Positions 42,801 to 57,800 of a DNA stretch of 64,000 bases are shown one piece after another. Within the stretch, counting starts at the first letter, position 1. Each line of letters opens with the position of its first letter. The position numbers were made by a program, and so were the translations under genes. Source of the stretch: Eledone cirrhosa (Eukaryota); the NCBI GenBank assembly GCA_964016885.1, contig OZ024741.1:405170001-405234000 (forward strand), in the 5' to 3' direction. The notes beneath the pieces were generated by a model, which was given only the letters and a program-made list of their open reading frames with translations, searched no databases and had not been told where the DNA came from.

Positions 42801-45800
42801 TTTTATAATTAATTGTGACAACCTTCACAACTATTTTATAATTAATTTTTTCAGCTTTTCACAACTATTTTATAATGAACTGTGACAACCGTCACAACTA
42901 TTTTATAATGAATTGTGACAACCTTCAAAACTATTTTATAATTAATTGTGACAACCTTCACAACTATTTTATAATTAATTGTGACAGTCTTCACAACTAT
43001 TTTATAATTAATTTTTACAGATTTTCACAACTATTTTATAATTAATTGTGACAACCTTCACAACTATTTTATAATTAATCTTTACAGATTTTCACAACTA
43101 TTTTATAATTAATTGTGACAACCTTCACAACTATTTTATAATGAATTGTGACAACCTTCACAACTATTTTATAATTAATTTTTACAGCTTTTCACAACTA
43201 TTATATAATTAATTGTGACAACCTTCACAACTATTTTATAATTAATTGTGACAACCTTCACAACTATTTTATAATTAATTTTTACAGATTTTCACAACTA
43301 TTTTATAATTAATTGTGACAACCTTCACAACTATTTTATAATTAATTTTTACAGCTTTTCACAACTATTTTATAATGAATTGTGACAACCTTCACAACTA
43401 TTTTATAATTAATTTTTACAGATTTTCACAACTATTTTATAATTAATTGTGACAACCTTCACAACTATTTTATAATGAATTGTGACAACCTTCACAACTA
43501 TTTTATAATTAATTTTTACAGATTTTCACAACTATTTTATAATTAATTGTGACAACCTTCACAACTATTTTATAATGAATTGTGACAACCTTCACAACTA
43601 TTTTATAATTAATTTTTACAGCTTTTCACAACTATTTTATAATTAATTGTGACAACCTTCACAACTATTTTATAATTAATTGTGACAACCTTCACAACTA
43701 TTTTATAATTAATTTTTACAGCTTTTCACAACTATTTTATAATTAATTGTGACAACCTTCACAACTATTTCATAATTAATTTTTACAGATTTTCACATCT
43801 ATTTTATAATTAATTGTGACAACCTTCACAACTATTTTATAATTAATTTTTACAGCTTTTCACAACTATTTTATAATTAATTGTGACAACCTTCACAACT
43901 ATTTCATAATTAATTTTTTCAGCTTTTCACAACTATTTTATAATGAATTGTGACAACCTTCACAACTATTTTATAATGAATTGTGACAACCTTCACAACT
44001 ATTTTATAATGAATTGTGACAACCTTCACAACTATTTTATAATTAATTTTTACAGCTTTTCACAACTATTTCATAATTAATTGTGACGACCTTCACAACT
44101 ATTTTATACTGAATGGTGACAACCTTCACAACTATTTTATAATGAAATGTGACAACCTTCACAACTATTTTATAATTAATTTTTACAGCTTTTCACAACT
44201 ATTTTATAATTAATTGTGACAACCTTCACAACTATTTTATAATTAATTTTTACAGATTTTCACAACTATTTTATAATTAATTGTGACAACCTTCACAACT
44301 ATTTTATAATTAATTTTTACAGCTTTTCACAACTATTTTATAATGAATTGTGACAACCTTCAGAACAATTTTATAATTAATTTTTACAGCTTTTCACAAC
44401 TATTTTATAATTAATTGTGACAACCTTCACAACTATTTTATAATTAATTTTTTCAGCTTTTCACAACTACTTTATAATGAACTGTGACAACCGTCACAAC
44501 TATTTTATAATGAATTGTGACAACCTTCAAAACTATTTTATAATTAATTGTGACAACCTTCACAACTATTTTATAATTAATTGTGACAGTCTTCACAACT
44601 ATTTTATAATTAATTTTTACAGATTTTCACAACTATTTTATAATTAATTGTGACAACCTTCACAACTATTTTATAATTAATCTTTATAGATTTTCACAAC
44701 TATTTTATAATTAATTGTGACAACCTTCACAACTATTTTATAATGAATTGTGACAACCTTCACAACTATTTTATAATTAATTTTTACAGCTTTTCACAAC
44801 TATTTTATAATTAATTGTGACAACCTTCACAACTATTTTATAATTAATTGTGACAACCTTCACAACTATTTTATAATGAATTGTGACAACCATCACAACT
44901 ATTTTATAATTAATTTTTACAGCTTTTCAAAACTATTTTATAATTAATTGTGACAACCTTCACAACTATTTTATAATGAATTGTGACAACCTTCACAACT
45001 ATTTTATAATTAATTTTTACAGCTTTTCACAACTATTTTATAAATAATTGTGACAACCTTCACAACTATTTCATAATTAATTTGTACAGCTTTTCACATC
45101 TATTTTATAATTAATTGTGACAACCTTCACAACTATTTTATAATTAATTTTTACAGCTTTTCACAACTATTTTATATTAATTGTGACAACCTTCACAACT
45201 ATTTTATAATTAATTTTTACAGCTTTTCACAACTATTTTATAATTAATTGTGACAACCTTCACAACTATTTCATAATTAATTTTTTCAGCTTTTCACAAC
45301 TATTTTATAATGAACTGTGACAACCTTCACAACTATTTTATAATTAATTTTTACAGCTTTTCACAACTATTTAATAATGAATTGTGACAACCTTCACAAC
45401 TATTTTATAATGAATTGTGACAACCTTCACAACTATTTTATAATGAATTGTGACAACCTTCACAACAATTTTATAATTAATTTTTACAGCTTTTCACAAC
45501 TATTTCATAATTAATTGTGACAACCTTCACAACTATTTTATAATGAATTGTGACAACCTTCACAACTATTTTATAATGAATTGTGACAACCTTCACAACT
45601 ATTTTATAATTAATTTTTACAGATTTTCACAACTATTTTATAATTAATTGTGACAACCTTCACAACTATTTTATAATGAATTGTGACAACCTTCACAACT
45701 ATTTTATAATTAATTTTTAAAGATTTTCACAACTATTTTATAATTAATTGTGACAACCTTCACAACTATTTTATAATGAATTGTGACAACCTTCACAACT

Positions 45801-48800
45801 ATTTTATAATTAATTTTTACAGCTTTTCACAACTATTTTATAATTAATTGTGACAACCTTCACAACTATTTTATAATTAATTGTGACAACCTTCACAACT
45901 ATTTTATAAATAATTTTTACAGCTTTTCACAACTATTTTATATTAATTGTGACAACCTTCACAACTATTTTATAATTGATTTTTACAGCTTTTCACAACT
46001 ATTTTATAATTAATTGTGACAACCTTCACAACTATTTCATAAATAATTTTTTCAGCTTTTCACAACTATTTTATAATGAATTGTGACAACCTTCACAACT
46101 ATTTTATAATGAATTGTGACAACCTTCACAACTATTTTATAATGAATTGTGACAACCTTCACAACTATTTTATAATTAATTTTTACAGCTTTTCACAACT
46201 ATTTCATAATTAATTGTGACGACCTTCACAACTATTTTATACTGAATGGTGACAATCTTCACAACTATTTTATAATGAATTGTGACAACCTTCACAACTA
46301 TTTTATAATTAATTTTTACAGCTTTTCACAACTATTTTATAATTAATTGTGACAACCTTCACAACTATTTTATAATTAATTGTGACAACCTTCACAACTA
46401 TTTTATAATTAATTTTTACAGATTTTCACAACTATTTTATAATTAATTGTGACAACCTTCACAACTATTTTATAATTAATTTTTACAGCTTTTCACAACT
46501 ATTTTATAATGAATTGTGACAACCTTCACAACAATTTTATAATTAATTTTTACAGCTTTTCACAACTATTTTATAATTAATTGTGACAACCTTCACAACT
46601 ATTTTATAATTAATTTTTTCAGCTTTTCACAACTATTTTATAATGAACTGTGACAACCGTCACAACTATTTTATAATGAATTGTGACAACCTTCAAAACT
46701 ATTTTATAATTAATTGTGACAACCTTCACAACTATTTTATAATTAATTGTGACAGTCTTCACAACTATTTTATAATTAATTTTTACAGATTTTCACAACT
46801 ATTTTATAATTAATTGTGACAACCTTCACAACTATTTTATAATTAATCTTTACAGATTTTCACAACTATTTTATAATTAATTGTGACAACCTTCACAACT
46901 ATTTTATAATGAATTGTGACAACCTTCACAACTATTTTATAATTAATTTTTACAGCTTTTCACAACTATTTTATAATTAATTGTGACAACCTTCACAACT
47001 ATTTTATAATTAATTGTGACAACCTTCACAACTATTTTATAATTAATTTTTACAGATTTTCACAACTATTTTATAATTAATTGTGACAACCTTCACAACT
47101 ATTTTATAATTAATTTTTACAGCTTTTCACAACTATTTTATAATGAATTGTGACAACCTTCACAACTATTTTATAATTAATTTTTACAGATTTTCACAAC
47201 TATTTTATAATTAATTGTGACAACCTTCACAACTATTTTATAATGAATTGTGACAACCTTCACAACTATTTTATAATTAATTTTTACAGATTTTCACAAC
47301 TATTTTATAATTAATTGTGACAACCTTCACAACTATTTTATAATGAATTGTGACAACCTTCACAACTATTTTATAATTAATTTTTACAGCTTTTCACAAC
47401 TATTTTATAATTAATTGTGACAACCTTCACAACTATTTTATAATTAATTGTGACAACCTTCACAACTATTTTATAATTAATTTTTACAGCTTTTCACAAC
47501 TATTTTATAATTAATTGTGACAACCTTCACAACTATTTCATAATTAATTTTTACAGATTTTCACATCTATTTTATAATTAATTGTGACAACCTTCACAAC
47601 TATTTTATAATTAATTTTTACAGCTTTTCACAACTATTTTATAATTAATTGTGACAACCTTCACAACTATTTCATAATTAATTTTTTCAGCTTTTCACAA
47701 CTATTTTATAATGAATTGTGACAACCTTCACAACTATTTTATAATGAATTGTGACAACCTTCACAACTATTTTATAATGAATTGTGACAACCTTCACAAC
47801 TATTTTATAATTAATTTTTACAGCTTTTCACAACTATTTCATAATTAATTGTGACGACCTTCACAACTATTTTATACTGAATGGTGACAACCTTCACAAC
47901 TATTTTATAATGAATTGTGACAACCTTCACAACTATTTTATAATTAATTTTTACAGCTTTTCACAACTATTTTATAATTAATTGTGACAACCTTCACAAC
48001 TATTTTATAATTAATTGTGACAACCTTCACAACTATTTTATAATTAATTTTTACAGATTTTCACAACTATTTTATAATTAATTGTGACAACCTTCACAAC
48101 TATTTTATAATTAATTTTTACAGCTTTTCACAACTATTTTATAATGAATTGTGACAACCTTCAGAACAATTTTATAATTAATTTTTACAGCTTTTCACAA
48201 CTATTTTATAATTAATTGTGACAACCTTCACAACTATTTTATAATTAATTTTTTCAGCTTTTCACAACTACTTTATAATGAACTGTGACAACCGTCACAA
48301 CTATTTTATAATGAATTGTGACAACCTTCAAAACTATTTTATAATTAATTGTGACAACCTTCACAACTATTTTATAATTAATTGTGACAGTCTTCACAAC
48401 TATTTTATAATTAATTTTTACAGATTTTCACAACTATTTTATAATTAATTGTGACAACCTTCACAACTATTTTATAATTAATCTTTATAGATTTTCACAA
48501 CTATTTTATAATTAATTGTGACAACCTTCACAACTATTTTATAATGAATTGTGACAACCTTCACAACTATTTTATAATTAATTTTTACAGCTTTTCACAA
48601 CTATTTTATAATTAATTGTGACAACCTTCACAACTATTTTATAATTAATTGTGACAACCTTCACAACTATTTTATAATGAATTGTGACAACCATCACAAC
48701 TATTTTATAATTAATTTTTACAGCTTTTCAAAACTATTTTATAATTAATTGTGACAACCTTCACAACTATTTTATAATGAATTGTGACAACCTTCACAAC

Positions 48801-51800
48801 TATTTTATAATTAATTTTTACAGCTTTTCACAACTATTTTATAAATAATTGTGACAACCTTCACAACTATTTCATAATTAATTTGTACAGCTTTTCACAT
48901 CTATTTTATAATTAATTGTGACAACCTTCACAACTATTTTATAATTAATTTTTACAGCTTTTCACAACTATTTTATATTAATTGTGACAACCTTCACAAC
49001 TATTTTATAATTAATTTTTACAGCTTTTCACAACTATTTTATAATTAATTGTGACAACCTTCACAACTATTTCATAATTAATTTTTTCAGCTTTTCACAA
49101 CTATTTTATAATGAACTGTGACAACCTTCACAACTATTTTATAATTAATTTTTACAGCTTTTCACAACTATTTAATAATGAATTGTGACAACCTTCACAA
49201 CTATTTTATAATGAATTGTGACAACCTTCACAACTATTTTATAATGAATTGTGACAACCTTCACAACAATTTTATAATTAATTTTTACAGCTTTTCACAA
49301 CTATTTCATAATTAATTGTGACAACCTTCACAACTATTTTATAATGAATTGTGACAACCTTCACAACTATTTTATAATGAATTGTGACAACCTTCACAAC
49401 TATTTTATAATTAATTTTTACAGCTTTTCACAACTATTTTATAATTAATTGTGACAACCTTCACAACTATTTTATAATTAATTGTGACAACCTTCACAAC
49501 TATTTTATAATTAATTTTTACAGCTTTTCACAACTATTTTATAATGAATTGTGACAACCTTCACAACTATTTTATAATTAATTTTTACAGATTTTCACAA
49601 CTATTTTATAATTAATTGTGACAACCTTCACAACTATTTTATAATGAATTGTGACAACCTTCACAACTATTTTATAATTAATTTTTACAGATTTTCACAA
49701 CTATTTTATAATTAATTGTGACAAGCTTCACAACTATTTTATAATGAATTGTGACAACCTTCACAACTATTTTATAATTAATTTTTACAGCTTTTCACAA
49801 CTATTTTATAATTAATTGTGACAACCTTCACAACTATTTTATAATTAATTGTGACAACCTTCACAACTATTTTATAATTAATTTTTACAGCTTTTCACAA
49901 CTATTTTATAATTAATTGTGACAACCTTCACAACTATTTTATAATTAATTTTTACAGCTTTTCACAACTATTTTATATTAATTGTGACAACCTTCACAAC
50001 TATTTTATAATTGATTTTTACAGCTTTTCACAACTATTTTATAATTAATTGTGACAACCTTCACAACTATTTCATAATTAATTTTTTCAGCTTTTCACAA
50101 CTATTTTATAATGAATTGTGACAACCTTCACAACTATTTTATAATGAATTGTGACAACCTTCACAACTATTTTATAATGAATTGTGACAACCTTCACAAC
50201 TATTTTATAATTAATTTTTACAGCTTTTCACAACTATTTCATAATTAATTGTGACAACCTTCACAACTATTTTATAATGAATTGTGACAACCTTCACAAT
50301 TATTTTATAATGAATTGTGACAACCTTCACAACTATTTTATAATTAATTTTTACAGCTTTTCACAACTATTTTATAATTAATTGTGACAACCTTCACAAC
50401 TATTTTATAATTAATTGTGACAACCTTCACAACTATTTTATAATTAATTTTTACAGATTTTCACAACTATTTTATAATTAATTGTGACAACCTTCACAAC
50501 TATTTTATAATTAATTTTTACAGCTTTTCACAACTATTTTATAATTAATTGTGACAACCTTCACAACTATTTTATAATTAATTTTTACAGCTTTTCACAA
50601 CTATTTTATAATGAATTGTGACAACCTTCACAACTATTTTATAATTAATTTTTACAGCTTTTCACAACTATTTTATAATTAATTGTGACAACCTTCACAA
50701 CTATTTTATAATTAATTGTGACAACCTTCACAACTATTTTATAATTAATTGTGACAACCTTCACAACTATTTTTCAATGAATTGTGACAACCTTTACAAC
50801 TATTTTATAATGAATTGTGACAACCTTCACAACTATTTTATAATGAATTGTGACAACCTTCACAACTATTTTATAATGAATTGTGACAACCTTCACAACT
50901 ATTTTATAATTAATTTTTACAGCTTTTCACAACTATTTCATAATTAATTGTGAAAATCTTCAAAACTATTTTAGAATGAATTGTGACAACCTTCACAACT
51001 ATTTTATAATGAATTGTGACAACCTTCACAACTATTTTATAATTAATTTTTACAGCTTTTCACAACTATTTTATAATTAATTGTGACAACCTTCACAACT
51101 ATTTTATAATTAATTGTGACAACCTTCACAACTATTTCATAATTAATTTTTACAGATTTTCACAACTATTTTATAATTAATTGTGACAACCTTCACAACT
51201 ATTTTATAATTAATTTTTACAGCTTTTCACAACTATTTTATAATTAATTGTGACAACCTTCACAACTATTTTATAATTAATTTTTACAGCTTTTCGCAAC
51301 TATTTTATAATGAATTGTGACAACCTTCACAACTATTTTATAATTAATTTTTACAGCTTTTCACAACTATTTTATAATTAATTGTGACAACCTTCACAAC
51401 TATTTTATAATTAATTGTGACAACCTTCACAACTATTTTATAATTAATTGTGACAACCTGCACAACTATTTTACAATGAATTGTGACAACCTTTACAACT
51501 ATTTTATAATGAATTGTAACAACCTTCACAACTATTTTATAATTAATTATGGCAACCTTCACAACTATTTTATAATTAATTGTGACAACCTTCATAACTA
51601 TTTTATAATGAATTGTGACGACCTTCACAACTATTTTATAATTAATTGTGACAACCTTCACAACTATTTTATAATGAATTGTGACAACCTTCACAACTAT
51701 TTTATAATGAATTGTGACAAACTTCACAACTATTTTATAATTAATTGTGACAACCTTCACAACTATTTTATAATTAATTTTTACAGCTTTTCACAACTAT

Positions 51801-54800
51801 TTTATAATTAATTGTGACAACCTTCACAACTATTTTATAATTAGTTTTTACAGCTTTTCACAACTATTTTATAATTAATTGTGACTACCTTCACAACTAT
51901 TTTATAATTAGTTTTTACAGCTTTTCACAACTATTTTATAATTAATTGTGACAACCTTCACAACTATTTTATAATTAGTTTTTACAGATTTTCACAACTA
52001 TTTTATAATTAATTGTGACAACCTTCACAACTATTTTATAATTAATTTTTACAGATTTTCACGACTATTTTATAATTAATTGTGACAACGTTCACAACTA
52101 TTTTATAATTAATTTTTACAGCTTTTCACAACTATTTTATAATGAATTGTGACAACCTTCACAACTATTTTATAATTAATTTTTACAGATTTTCACAACT
52201 ATTTTATAATTAATTGTGACAACCTTCACAACTATTTTATAATGAATTGTGACAACCTTCACAACTATTTTATAATTAATTTTTACAGCTTTTCACAACT
52301 ATTTTATAATTAATTGTGACAACCTTCACAACTATTTTATAATTAATTGTGACAACCTTCACAACTATTTTATAATTAATTTTTACAGATTTTCACAACT
52401 ATTTTATAATTAATTGTGACAACCTTCACAACTATTTTATAATTAATTTTTACAGCTTTTCACAACTATTTTATAATGAATTGTGACAACCTTCACAACT
52501 ATTTTATAATTAATTTTTACAGATTTTCACAACTATTTTATAATTAATTGTGACAACCTTCACAACTATTTTATAATGAATTGTGACAACCTTCACAACT
52601 ATTTTATAATTAATTTTTACAGATTTTCACAACTATTTTATAATTAATTGTGACAACCTTCACAACTATTTTATAATGAATTGTGACAACCTTCACAACT
52701 ATTTTATAATTAATTTTTACAGCTTTTCACAACTATTTTATAATTAATTGTGACAACCTTCACAACTATTTTATAATTAATTGTGACAACCTTCACAACT
52801 ATTTTATAATTAATTTTTACAGCTTTTCACAACTATTTTATAATTAATTGTGACAACTTTCACAACTATTTTATAATTAATTTTTACAGCTTTTCACAAC
52901 TATTTTATATTAATTGTGACAACCTTCACAACTATTTTATAATTGATTTTTACAGCTTTTCACAACTATTTTATAATTAATTGTGACAACCTTCACAACT
53001 ATTTCATAATTAATTTTTTCAGCTTTTCACAACTATTTTATAATGAATTGTGACAACCTTCACAACTATTTTATAATGAATTGTGACAACCTACACAACT
53101 ATTTTATAATGAATTGTGACAACCTTCACAACTATTTTATAATTAATTTTTACAGCTTTTCACAACTATTTCATAATTAATTGTGACAACCTTCACAACT
53201 ATTTTATAATGAATTGTGACAACCTTCACAACTATTTTATAATGAATTGTGACAACCTTCACAACTATTTTATAATTAATTTTTACAGCTTTTCACAACT
53301 ATTTTATAATTAATTGTGACAACCTTCACAACTATTTTATAATTAATTGTGACAACCTTCACAACTATTTTATAATTAATTTTTACAGATTTTCACAACT
53401 ATTTTATAATTAATTGTGACAACCTTCACAACTATTTTATAATTAATTTTTACAGCTTTTCACAACTATTTTATAATGAATTGTGACAACCTTCACAACA
53501 ATTTTATAATTAATTTTTACAGCTTTTCACAACTATTTCATAATTAATTGTGACAACCTTCACAACTATTTTATAATTAATTTTTTCAGCTTTTCACAAC
53601 TATTTTATAATGAACTGTGACAACCGTCACAACTATTTTATAATGAATTGTGACAACCTTCAAAACTATTTTATAATTAATTGTGAAAACCTTCACAACT
53701 ATTTTATAATTAATTGTGACAGTCTTCACAACAATTTTATAATGAATTGTGACAACCATCACAACTATTTTATAATTAATTTTTACAGCTTTTCACAACT
53801 ATTTTATAATTAATTGTGACAACCTTCACAACTATTTTATAATGAATTGTGACAACCTTCACAACTATTTTATAAATAATTGTGACAACCTTCACAACTA
53901 TTTCATAATTAATTTGTACAGCTTTTCACATCTATTTTATAATTAATTGTGACAACCTTCACAACTATTTTATAATTAATTTTTACAGCTTTTCACAACT
54001 ATTTTATATTAATTGTGACAACCTTCACAACTATTTTATAATTAATTTTTACAGCTTTTCACAACTATTTTATAATTAATTGTGACAACCTTCACAACTA
54101 TTTCATAATTAATTTTTACAGATTTTCACAACTATTTTATAATTAATTGTGACAACCTTCACAACTATTTTATAATGAATTGTGACAACCATCACAACTA
54201 TTTTATAATTAATTTTTACAGCTTTTCACAACTATTTTATAATTAATTGTGACAACCTTCACAACTATTTTATAATGAATTGTGACAACCTTCACAACTA
54301 TTTTATAAATAATTGTGACAACCTTCACAACTATTTCATAATTAATTTGTACAGCTTTTCACATCTATTTTATAATTAATTGTGACAACCTTCACAACTA
54401 TTTTATAATTAATTTTTACAGCTTTTCACAACTATTTTATATTAATTGTGACAACCTTCACAACTATTTTATAATTAATTTTTACAGCTTTTCACAACTA
54501 TTTTATAATTAATTGTGACAACCTTCACAACTATTTCATAATTAATTTTTTCAGCTTTTCACAACTATTTTATAATGAACTGTGACAACCTTCACAACTA
54601 TTTTATAATTAATTTTTACAGCTTTTCACAACTATTTAATAATGAATTGTGACAACCTTCACAACTATTTTATAATGAATTGTGACAACCTTCACAACTA
54701 TTTTATAATGAATTGTGACAACCTTCACAACAATTTTATAATTAATTTTTACAGCTTTTCACAACTATTTCATAATTAATTGTGACAACCTTCACAACTA

Positions 54801-57800
54801 TTTTATAATGAATTGTGACAACCTTCACAACTATTTTATAATGAATTGTGACAACCTTCACAACTATTTTATAATTAATTTTTACAGCTTTTCACAACTA
54901 TTTTATAATTAATTGTGACAACCTTCACAACTATTTTATAATTAATTGTGACAACCTTCACAACTATTTTATAATTAATTTTTACAGATTTTCACAACTA
55001 TTTTATAATTAATTGTGACAACCTTCACAACTATTTTATAATTAATTTTTACAGCTTTTCACAACTATTTAATAATGAATTGTGACAACCTTCACAACTA
55101 TTTTATAATTAATTTTTACAGATTTTCACAACTATTTTATAATTAATTGTGACAACCTTCACAACTATTTTATAATGAATTGTGACAACCTTCACAACTA
55201 TTTTATAATTAATTTTTACAGATTTTCACAACTATTTTATAATTAATTGTGACAAGCTTCACAACTATTTTATAATGAATTGTGACAACCTTCACAACTA
55301 TTTTATAATTAATTTTTACAGCTTTTCACAACTATTTTATAATTAATTGTGACAACCTTCACAACTATTTTATAATTAATTGTGACAACCTTCACAACTA
55401 TTTTATAATTAATTTTTACAGCTTTTCACAACTATTTTATATTAATTGTGACAACCTTCACAACTACTTTATAATTGATTTTTACAGCTTTTCACAACTA
55501 TTTTATAATGAATTGTGACAACCTTCACAACTATTTCATAATTAATTGTGACAACCTTCACAACTATTTTATAATGAATTGTGACAACCTTCACAATTAT
55601 TTTATAATGAATTGTGACAACCTTCACAACTATTTTATAATTAATTTTTACAGCTTTTCACAACTATTTTATAATTAATTGTGACAACCTTCACAACTAT
55701 TTTATAATTAATTGTGACAACCTTCACAACTATTTTATAATTAATTTTTACAGATTTTCACAACTATTTTATAATTAATTGTGACAACCTTCACAACTAT
55801 TTTATAATTAATTTTTACAGCTTTTCACAACTATTTTATAATTAATTGTGACAACCTTCACAACTATTTTATAATGAATTGTGACAACCTTCACAACTAT
55901 TTTATAATTAATTTTTACGGCTTTTCACAACTATTTTATAATTAATTGTGACAACCTTCACAACTATTTTATAATTAATTGTGACAACCTTCACAACTAT
56001 TTTATAATTAATTTTTACAGATTTTCACAACTATTTTATAATTAATTGTGACAACCTTCACAACTATTTTATAATTAATTTTTACAGCTTTTCACAACTA
56101 TTTTATAATGAATTGTGACAACCTTCACAACTATTTTATAATTAATTTTTACAGATTTTCACAACTATTTTATAATTAATTGTGACAACCTTCACAACTA
56201 TTTTATAATGAATTGTGACAACCTTCACAACTATTTTATAATTAATTTTTACAGATTTTCACAACTATTTTATAATTAATTGTGACAACCTTCACAACTA
56301 TTTTATAATGAATTGTGACAACCTTCACAACTATTTTATAATTAATTTTTACAGCTTTTCACAACTATTTTATAATTAATTGTGACAACCTTCACAACTA
56401 TTTTATAATTAATTGTGACAACCTTCACAACTATTTTATAATTAATTTTTACAGCTTTTCACAACTATTTTATAATTAATTGTGACAACTTTCACAACTA
56501 TTTTATAATTAATTTTTACAGCTTTTCACAACTATTTTATATTAATTGTGACAACCTTCACAACTATTTTATAATTGATTTTTACAGCTTTTCACAACTA
56601 TTTTATAATTAATTGTGACAACCTTCACAACTATTTCATAATTAATTTTTTCAGCTTTTCACAACTATTTTATAATGAATTGTGACAACCTTCACAACTA
56701 TTTTATAATGAATTGTGACAACCTACACAACTATTTTATAATGAATTGTGACAACCTTCACAACTATTTTATAATTAATTTTTACAGCTTTTCACAACTA
56801 TTTCATAATTAATTGTGACAACCTTCACAACTATTTTATAATGAATTGTGACAACCTTCACAACTATTTTATAATGAATTGTGACAACCTTCACAACTAT
56901 TTTATAATTAATTTTTACAGCTTTTCACAACTATTTTATAATTAATTGTGACAACCTTCACAACTATTTTATAATTAATTGTGACAACCTTCACAACTAT
57001 TTTATAATTAATTTTTACAGATTTTCACAACTATTTTATAATTAATTGTGACAACCTTCACAACTATTTTATAATTAATTTTTACAGCTTTTCACAACTA
57101 TTTTATAATGAATTGTGACAACCTTCACAACAATTTTATAATTAATTTTTACAGCTTTTCACAACTATTTCATAATTAATTGTGACAACCTTCACAACTA
57201 TTTTATAATTAATTTTTTCAGCTTTTCACAACTATTTTATAATGAACTGTGACAACCGTCACAACTATTTTATAATGAATTGTGACAACCTTCAAAACTA
57301 TTTTATAATTAATTGTGACAACCTTCACAACTATTTTATAATTAATTGTGACAGTCTTCACAACAATTTTATAATTAATTTTTACAGATTTTCACAACTA
57401 TTTTATAATTAATTGTGACAACCTTCACAACTATTTTATAATGAATTGTGACAACCATCACAACTATTTTATAATTAATTTTTACAGCTTTTCACAACTA
57501 TTTTATAATTAATTGTGACAACCTTCACAACTATTTTATAATGAATTGTGACAACCTTCACAACTATTTTATAAATAATTGTGACAACCTTCACAACTAT
57601 TTCATAATTAATTTGTACAGCTTTTCACATCTATTTTATAATTAATTGTGACAACCTTCACAACTATTTTATAATTAATTTTTACAGCTTTTCACAACTA
57701 TTTTATATTAATTGTGACAACCTTCACAACTATTTTATAATTAATTTTTACAGCTTTTCACAACTATTTTATAATTAATTGTGACAACCTTCACAACTAT

